In this document: positions 58,545 through 64,000 of the stretch, one piece after another
Position numbering within the stretch: the stretch's first letter is position 1
Layout: the number at the start of each line of letters is the position of its first letter
NCBI GenBank assembly: GCA_963665095.1
Contig: OY762069.1
Coordinates: 2,976,001-3,040,000 of the forward strand
Direction of reading: 5' to 3'
DNA length: 64,000 bases
Source of the DNA: an uncultured Desulfobacter sp.
GTDB lineage: Bacteria; Desulfobacterota; Desulfobacteria; Desulfobacterales; Desulfobacteraceae
Program-made: the position numbers and the translations under genes
The notes under the pieces: generated by a model
What the model was told of the DNA's origin: nothing
Database searches by the model: none
The model's input: only the letters and a program-made list of their open reading frames with translations

Positions 58545-60044
58545 ATGATATTTCCCAGAACTTTTATTTTTTATATTGTTCTGTCACTTGCGTTCTCTAT
58601 CGTTTTCACCCCAAGCGCTTCTTTTGGAGCAAAAGGGGTGAAAACCCATTATAAGCAATACTCCCTTTTTACCTTTGAATCCAAAGATTACCTGTGCGAA
58701 CCCTATCTGGTACAAAAAGATGACTGGCTGTATAAAATTTTTCGCCAGAAAGGGGAAATCTCAGCTGCTGATTTTCCGTTGTTTTTGAAAATTTTCAGAC
58801 GGCTCAATCCCCAGATCAGTAATATCGATGCTATTCTGCCCGGCAGCAGAATTCTGATCCCTCTGAAACAGGTGGCCAAAGACGCTTATAAACAAAATAA
58901 AGCCGGCATGGTGGAAGTACCGGTGCTTGAATTCTCAGCAGACATTACACCTGAGACCTTGGCCCAATACACCATTAAGCATGAGGTTAAGGCCGGAGAC
59001 ACGGTTTCTCAACTTCTTCCCAAAGAATTTTTAACGCCTGAGGGTGCTGTTTCTGAAATTGGGGAAAAAGCCTTTTTACACCTTAATCCAGACACCAAAG
59101 ATATCAACCGGATTTACCAGGGTGCACGGATTGTAATTCCTGATCCTTCAATACTTTCCCAGCCCTGGTTCCGGGATGCGCTTACCATGGACAGCAATAC
59201 ACAGTTCACAACGTCTGTCCCGACTTACATTCCGGAAAAAAAAGTGACACAGCCCCCTGACCCTAAAATCCTCTCTTTAGCAGAAATTAGCCAATTAAAG
59301 CGCTATACCCAGTTGATCCAGGGCCATCTGATGCACCAGGGAAAACTTTTTTTCCCGTCGGCGGACGGCACGCCCCGTTCCATTGATCTGGCCCAGACGC
59401 CCATCATCAGTGACAGCACAGGCAGAAAAACAGTCATGCTTGGCCCGGAAACAACCGAACAGGACCTGAATCCGGATATTGTGGCAGCAATGAGAGCGTA
59501 TTGGAAGAATTTACAATTTAAAAAGCTCAATGAGGCACTTTCCGCCAATATGTTATTTAAATCCGAAACCATGGATGATATTCCCAAATCTCAAAAATCA
59601 CTGATAAAAACCCTTTTAAAAAATACCCACTATACCTATGAGTCGGATGTATTTTTCCCCATATCTGTAAACAATATTGAGATGACAGTCTCCCTTGGCA
59701 GGATTACCCATGACCGGATTGCTGATATTTTAATCAATACAGGCAATGTATACGGAAAAGCCATTGAAGCGATAAAAAAACAGGGATACAAGATATTAAA
59801 CCTGCCCCCCACCTTAAATTTCAGCGAAGTCTGCATCTCTCTTTTTTCCCGCCTGGGATACCAGGTATGGAAGAACCCCTCCTTCAATGCAGGCCAACAA
59901 ATAAAAAACATTCCAGGCGTCTATGCTGAAAAAGGAACAGACAGGCATTTTATGACCAGAACCCCACTTTTCAAAAGCGCAATAAGCTTTCTGGAAAACG
60001 AAAAGATAGACCTGATAACACTGAACAAGGAGCCGGCCCGATGA
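58545..60044 (+). CDS. LysM peptidoglycan-binding domain protein
   Basis: Two LysM-like units (YLVQKDDWL...LNPQISNID.ILPG.RILIP and HEVKAGDTVS...LNP..DINRIYQG.RIVIP); N-terminal signal/TM segment. Confidence 0.78.
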   Translation: MIFPRTFIFYIVLSLAFSIVFTPSASFGAKGVKTHYKQYSLFTFESKDYLCEPYLVQKDDWLYKIFRQKGEISAADFPLFLKIFRRLNPQISNIDAILPGSRILIPLKQVAKDAYKQNKAGMVEVPVLEFSADITPETLAQYTIKHEVKAGDTVSQLLPKEFLTPEGAVSEIGEKAFLHLNPDTKDINRIYQGARIVIPDPSILSQPWFRDALTMDSNTQFTTSVPTYIPEKKVTQPPDPKILSLAEISQLKRYTQLIQGHLMHQGKLFFPSADGTPRSIDLAQTPIISDSTGRKTVMLGPETTEQDLNPDIVAAMRAYWKNLQFKKLNEALSANMLFKSETMDDIPKSQKSLIKTLLKNTHYTYESDVFFPISVNNIEMTVSLGRITHDRIADILINTGNVYGKAIEAIKKQGYKILNLPPTLNFSEVCISLFSRLGYQVWKNPSFNAGQQIKNIPGVYAEKGTDRHFMTRTPLFKSAISFLENEKIDLITLNKEPAR

Positions 60045-60817
60045 AAAAGCAACTGGTCATTCTGGCCTGTTTATGCCTGACCTGCTTATGCGCCTTGATG
60101 GGGGCCTCCTGCACATCCGGAACCGTCAATTCTGAAAAACAGGACAAACTGGCCCAGGCAATCAGAAGGGAAGGGGATGTATTCCGATCCCAGGGCAACT
60201 ATGCAGCGGCTTTAAGTAAACTGCTTGAAGCTGAAAAAATGGCGCCAGACGATCCCACCATCCAAAACAGCCTTGGATTGGCTTATATGAAAAAACAAAG
60301 GAACGAACTAGCCATCACAGCCTTTAACCATGCCCTGAATTTAAAGCCGGACTACACAGAGGCGATGAACAACCTGGGCGTTGCCTACCTGCTTGAGGAA
60401 AAATGGGATGTCGCCATAAAAACGTTCAATAAAGTTCTCAACGATGTCACCTACCCTTACCCGCACTCCCCTCTGGCCAATATCGGGTGGGCCTATCTGA
60501 ACCAGAATCTTTACCCCAATGCCCAGAAATATTTTTTAAAGGCATTAAAAGAGTCTCCGGGATTTGTTCAGGCCATTCATGGTCTGGCACAGGTATATCT
60601 GCGTACAGGCCAGACAGACAGGGCCATTTCCTATCTGTCTAAAAATATCAGGCGGTACCCGGGCACGGCCATCTTCCATGCCGACCTTGCCGAAGCCCAT
60701 GAAGTAAACGGGCATCGCCGAAAGGCTGTGAAGGCCTGGCAGACGGTTCTACACCTGACCCATGAAAACTCAGGGTTATATAGGAAAGCTGAGCAGCGTT
60801 TATTTGAGCTGGAGTGA
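60041..60817 (+). CDS. TPR lipoprotein, type IV pilus pilotin (PilF/PilW/Tgl-like)
   Basis: Lipobox-like GASC; TPR repeats (NSLGLAY, AMNNLGVAY, ANIGWAY); convergent with pilQ. Confidence 0.75.
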   Translation: MKKQLVILACLCLTCLCALMGASCTSGTVNSEKQDKLAQAIRREGDVFRSQGNYAAALSKLLEAEKMAPDDPTIQNSLGLAYMKKQRNELAITAFNHALNLKPDYTEAMNNLGVAYLLEEKWDVAIKTFNKVLNDVTYPYPHSPLANIGWAYLNQNLYPNAQKYFLKALKESPGFVQAIHGLAQVYLRTGQTDRAISYLSKNIRRYPGTAIFHADLAEAHEVNGHRRKAVKAWQTVLHLTHENSGLYRKAEQRLFELE

Positions 60818-60834
60818 CTGACCTAAAAATAATT

Positions 60835-60878
60835 ATCCCGGATCCCCTCTTGTGTCATATGGGAATCCGGGATTTTTC
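60835..60878. terminator. Hairpin between convergent TPR and pilQ genes
   Basis: ATCCCGGATCCC...GGGAATCCGGGAT followed by a T run. Confidence 0.55.
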
Positions 60879-60945
60879 TGCAGCAAATATTTTTGATTTC
60901 AACGCCGGCGTTTGCCCGGCCCTGTTTAAAACTATGCTTTCCCCC

Positions 60946-63273
60946 CTATTTCACAACGTGCCTCTTCTGCTCAAGCTGCACTATGGAGGGGGTTAAAAAT
61001 ATCAGCAGTTCATTTCTGTCATCCACCTCGGCCTTTGAACCAAAAAGATACCCCAGGACAGGAATACCACTTAAGAAGGGAACCCCGTCATCATCCTGGC
61101 TCTGGGTGGTTTTGACCACACCACCGATGACAACCGTATCGTTGTTATTGACCAGAAGCTCGGTTTCCGCTTCGTTTGTGGCCAGGGTGGGAACCCCGTC
61201 AGAACTGATGCTGGCCACATCATTTTTAGTCAGACGGACGGTCATGGATATTCTGTTATCCGGTGTGACATGCGGGGTGACTTCCAAAAGCAGGTCAATA
61301 TCTTTATATGCCACGGAAGAGCCGCCGGAATCGTCCCGTTCAAGGTAGGCGTACTCCTGCCCCTGTTTGATCATGGCCTTTTTATTATCCAGAGTTAAAA
61401 TTCTTGGAGAGGAGACAATTTTTACATCACCCTGTTCTTCGGAGGCTTCCAACTGCGCATTCAAGGCCGTAACTGAACTGCCAAACAACCCGAAAAATGA
61501 AAAGTTTCCGGACACGCCCACCGTATTTGATCCATTGATGGAGACGCTGAAATCATCCACGAAGTCATCCACCACATTGGAAGCATTGGACAGGTTCCAG
61601 TTAATGCCAAAACTCCTGGAAAACTCCTTGGTTACCTCCACCACCTTCGCCTCTATCATAATCTGGGGCGTTACTTTATCAAGCCTGTAAATCAGCTCAT
61701 TGGCCTGATCTACTTTGGCCCGGGTATCGGTAATAATCAGCATATTTGTACGGCTGTCCACAGAGAGCTTCCCCCGCTCAGGGGTGAGAATCTGCAAGAC
61801 ATGGGGTTCTATATCTGCTTTTGCATCGGAATAATTAATGGGGATGTATTCGGTGACAAGGGGTTCCAGCGCTTTCCTCTGCTCTTCCGATTTCTGGACG
61901 GCAGCCATGAGATCCTGACGGTCCTGTTCCTCCTTGGCCAGGGTATCAACAGTGGCAATACGCACCACATTACCTTCCATCTTTTTACCCAGACCGTTCA
62001 TCTTTAAAACCAGATCCAGAATCTGATCCCAGGGAACCGGGTCCTCAAGACTTAGGGTCACCTTGCCGTCAACATCCTTGTCTATGGCAAAATTTACCCC
62101 CCCTACGCTTTTTAAAATTCTGAAAACATTTTTAATATCTGTTTCATAAAAATCCAGCTTGATCTTTTCACCTGTATAGCGCCCTGAAGAGGGATTTAAA
62201 AACGTATCCTGGGCTGAAGCGGAATGCTGGCTTGCACCGGTCTCTTTTCGGGGCTGCATGCTTTTGGGGCCACCCTGCCCGTCAAAGTTTTTTTGCAAAC
62301 CTGTCCCCTTAGCCATCCTGGCTTTTTCAAATTCAGGGGGCTGTACCGTTGAGGGCTCAAACACCATGTGAATACCTTTTGTGGTCTGGACCACCTGAAA
62401 CGGCACTTTCTCCCGAATTTTTATGTCCACCAGAGTATCATTGGGGTTGGCCGGGCTGGGCTTGGGCATGACGCTTTCCACAGCAGAATTGAAATACCGG
62501 GTTAAAAGCGGCCGCTGATGATACACCGGGGTTTTGGTATTATATAGTATGAGACTTATGGCGTCGCTGCCGTTCTGACGGGTTTCATATCGAACCGGAT
62601 GATCGGTTCCAACCCGGATGTCAGACTGACCGGTTTCATCATTGTCAAATTCAATATGGATCATCTGGGCCTGTGTCGAAGGGATCTGGACATCTTCAGG
62701 CAGGATCTCGCCGTCCTCTGGGTCGAGACCGGGTGAAGCGGCAGTCACCTCTGCCGCCCGGACCTGTTCCGCTTCACTCTGGCTGCCCTGGAGAATAATG
62801 CCTAACCGGTCGTCCTTTTCCTCCACCTGGTATGGCAGATCCTTTTTCAAAAGGATATCTACCCGGACCGTTGTCTGGGCATCATCTGCAAAGCCGACCT
62901 TGACATTACTGACACGGGGATCAGAAAACACACCGGCATCCACACCCGGTGCAAGCCTGGTATCGGAGATATAAACAGTCACGGCAAAAGGAAAAGACTG
63001 TTTAATGGAGGAATAATCATCCAGCCTGGTGGAACCCTGAATCCAGACCTCAAAAACGTCCTGTTCAGGATTGACCCATATTTTTTCAACCGTCCTGGAT
63101 AAAGACGATGATTCGTTCTGAGCAGCCTGGTTTTCAGGCACCTGCACCGCATCCCCGGAAGCCTGGCTTCCTGCCTCATGGGTTGCACATCCAGCCATAA
63201 GGAAAAGCAGCAGCACAGACACGATAAAATTTAACCCATACTGTCTGACAGCAGACCGATAATTCTGAATCAT
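60946..63273 (-). CDS. pilQ: Type IV pilus secretin PilQ
   Basis: AMIN-like N-terminus; YTGEKIKLDF, VPWDQ.LD, DSRTN, QIMIEAK.VE, SSPRILTLDN, LEVTPH and VPFLSGIP.LG.LF motifs. Confidence 0.95.
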   Translation of the reverse strand: MIQNYRSAVRQYGLNFIVSVLLLFLMAGCATHEAGSQASGDAVQVPENQAAQNESSSLSRTVEKIWVNPEQDVFEVWIQGSTRLDDYSSIKQSFPFAVTVYISDTRLAPGVDAGVFSDPRVSNVKVGFADDAQTTVRVDILLKKDLPYQVEEKDDRLGIILQGSQSEAEQVRAAEVTAASPGLDPEDGEILPEDVQIPSTQAQMIHIEFDNDETGQSDIRVGTDHPVRYETRQNGSDAISLILYNTKTPVYHQRPLLTRYFNSAVESVMPKPSPANPNDTLVDIKIREKVPFQVVQTTKGIHMVFEPSTVQPPEFEKARMAKGTGLQKNFDGQGGPKSMQPRKETGASQHSASAQDTFLNPSSGRYTGEKIKLDFYETDIKNVFRILKSVGGVNFAIDKDVDGKVTLSLEDPVPWDQILDLVLKMNGLGKKMEGNVVRIATVDTLAKEEQDRQDLMAAVQKSEEQRKALEPLVTEYIPINYSDAKADIEPHVLQILTPERGKLSVDSRTNMLIITDTRAKVDQANELIYRLDKVTPQIMIEAKVVEVTKEFSRSFGINWNLSNASNVVDDFVDDFSVSINGSNTVGVSGNFSFFGLFGSSVTALNAQLEASEEQGDVKIVSSPRILTLDNKKAMIKQGQEYAYLERDDSGGSSVAYKDIDLLLEVTPHVTPDNRISMTVRLTKNDVASISSDGVPTLATNEAETELLVNNNDTVVIGGVVKTTQSQDDDGVPFLSGIPVLGYLFGSKAEVDDRNELLIFLTPSIVQLEQKRHVVK

Positions 63274-63274
63274 C

Positions 63275-63922
63275 TTATTCCCCATCCTCACTTTTATGAA
63301 ATTTAATCTCCTCAAAATGCTTGCGAAGATCTCCTTTATAATCTCTCACCGTTTCTTCAATCTTTAAACTGTCTTTAGTAATTGCCGTTACCCGGCCGCT
63401 GTTCTTACCAATATATGTACCTAGAGAGACTTCGTATCCTTTGCCGCTGGCCTCTTCCACCATGGCAATGGTCCGGTTCGGCATTTCAACAATTGCCACC
63501 AGCTTAATCTGACTTAAAGACAGCTTTTCCAGAGGCGTCAACTCCCGTTCCGGATCATCGCGGACAGGTGTTGGCGGGGTATTTGACTCATTTTTTTCAG
63601 CAATCAGAGGCACAAACGGATCCACCCGGCCTTTGCTGTCATATTTTTCCAACGGCTTAGAAATGTTTGATTTTTCTTGGACATCCATTGCAGACACCTG
63701 GACCGCATTTTCCTTCTTACCCTGCGCTGATTTTTTTTCTTTTGCATTTTCCAAACCCTGCTGGATAGTAGGTTTGGGAGCGGCCTTGCTGATGGATTTA
63801 GAAATCACCCGGGCCTTGTCTTTTATAGCGGCAGCAGGGGATTGCTCCTCATTGCATCCGACCATCAAAAGCATTGATACGCAAAGGCCGGCCACTCCGA
63901 ATATTTTAATAAATTTTGCCAT
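63275..63922 (-). CDS. pilP: Type IV pilus assembly lipoprotein PilP
   Basis: Lipobox VGC; Y...GR.DPF.P, TPLE..SL.Q.KLVAI and G.YIGKN.GRV motifs; upstream of pilQ. Confidence 0.9.
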   Translation of the reverse strand: MAKFIKIFGVAGLCVSMLLMVGCNEEQSPAAAIKDKARVISKSISKAAPKPTIQQGLENAKEKKSAQGKKENAVQVSAMDVQEKSNISKPLEKYDSKGRVDPFVPLIAEKNESNTPPTPVRDDPERELTPLEKLSLSQIKLVAIVEMPNRTIAMVEEASGKGYEVSLGTYIGKNSGRVTAITKDSLKIEETVRDYKGDLRKHFEEIKFHKSEDGE

Positions 63923-63943
63923 ATCCTGTATCCGTTATCCCAT

Positions 63944-64000
63944 TTATGATTTTTTCCTGCCTTTGTTAGCCTTTGTCGCATCTTCTTCCTTGGGTTCTAC
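63944..64000 (-). CDS. pilO: 3' end of probable PilO (partial)
   Basis: Reads ...VEPKEEDATKANKGRKKS*; identity inferred mainly from pilMNOPQ gene order. Confidence 0.55.
   Translation of the reverse strand, partial: VEPKEEDATKANKGRKKS

Noticed and set aside
1..64000. CRISPR array, tRNA, rRNA or prophage genes
   Set aside because: I noticed no regularly spaced repeats, cloverleaf or rRNA signatures, or phage structural genes by eye. tRNAscan-SE, Infernal and a CRISPR finder would be needed to exclude them formally.

Overview
This 64 kb window looks like chromosome from an anaerobic sulfate-reducing deltaproteobacterium, probably Desulfobacteraceae (inferred from gene content, not a database match). 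The left ~52 kb is a patchwork accessory region. It opens with a rearranged SiaABC-type signalling locus whose siaD position holds a GAF/HD-GYP phosphodiesterase, with a decaying four-SBP SiaA-like phosphatase, a siaB remnant and a second siaC. It continues with a MenA-like/CPBP pair, pabA plus a pabBC fusion, two hybrid kinases, two diguanylate cyclases, a DUF2057/porin/choice-of-anchor-I cluster, and two large secreted proteins sharing an unnamed tandem ~85-aa module. It also holds a three-gene glycyl radical enzyme (GRE) cassette with an atypical Cys loop (NCGCVVP), a periplasmic [FeFe] hydrogenase hydAB flanked by a hypothetical gene and a TonB-dependent receptor, and IS debris (IS66, ISAzo13, DUF4338/ISAs1-type). 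The right ~12 kb is core genome: DUF368, pcm, K+ channel, 5-formyl-THF cyclo-ligase, serS, thrC, LysM, PilF-like TPR, pilQ-pilP-pilO'. I saw no rRNA, tRNA or CRISPR array. The best candidates for an undescribed system are the orphan GRE cassette, the Sia module wired to an HD-GYP output, and the shared 'PxYGT' secreted-protein module. All family assignments come from motif recognition by eye.
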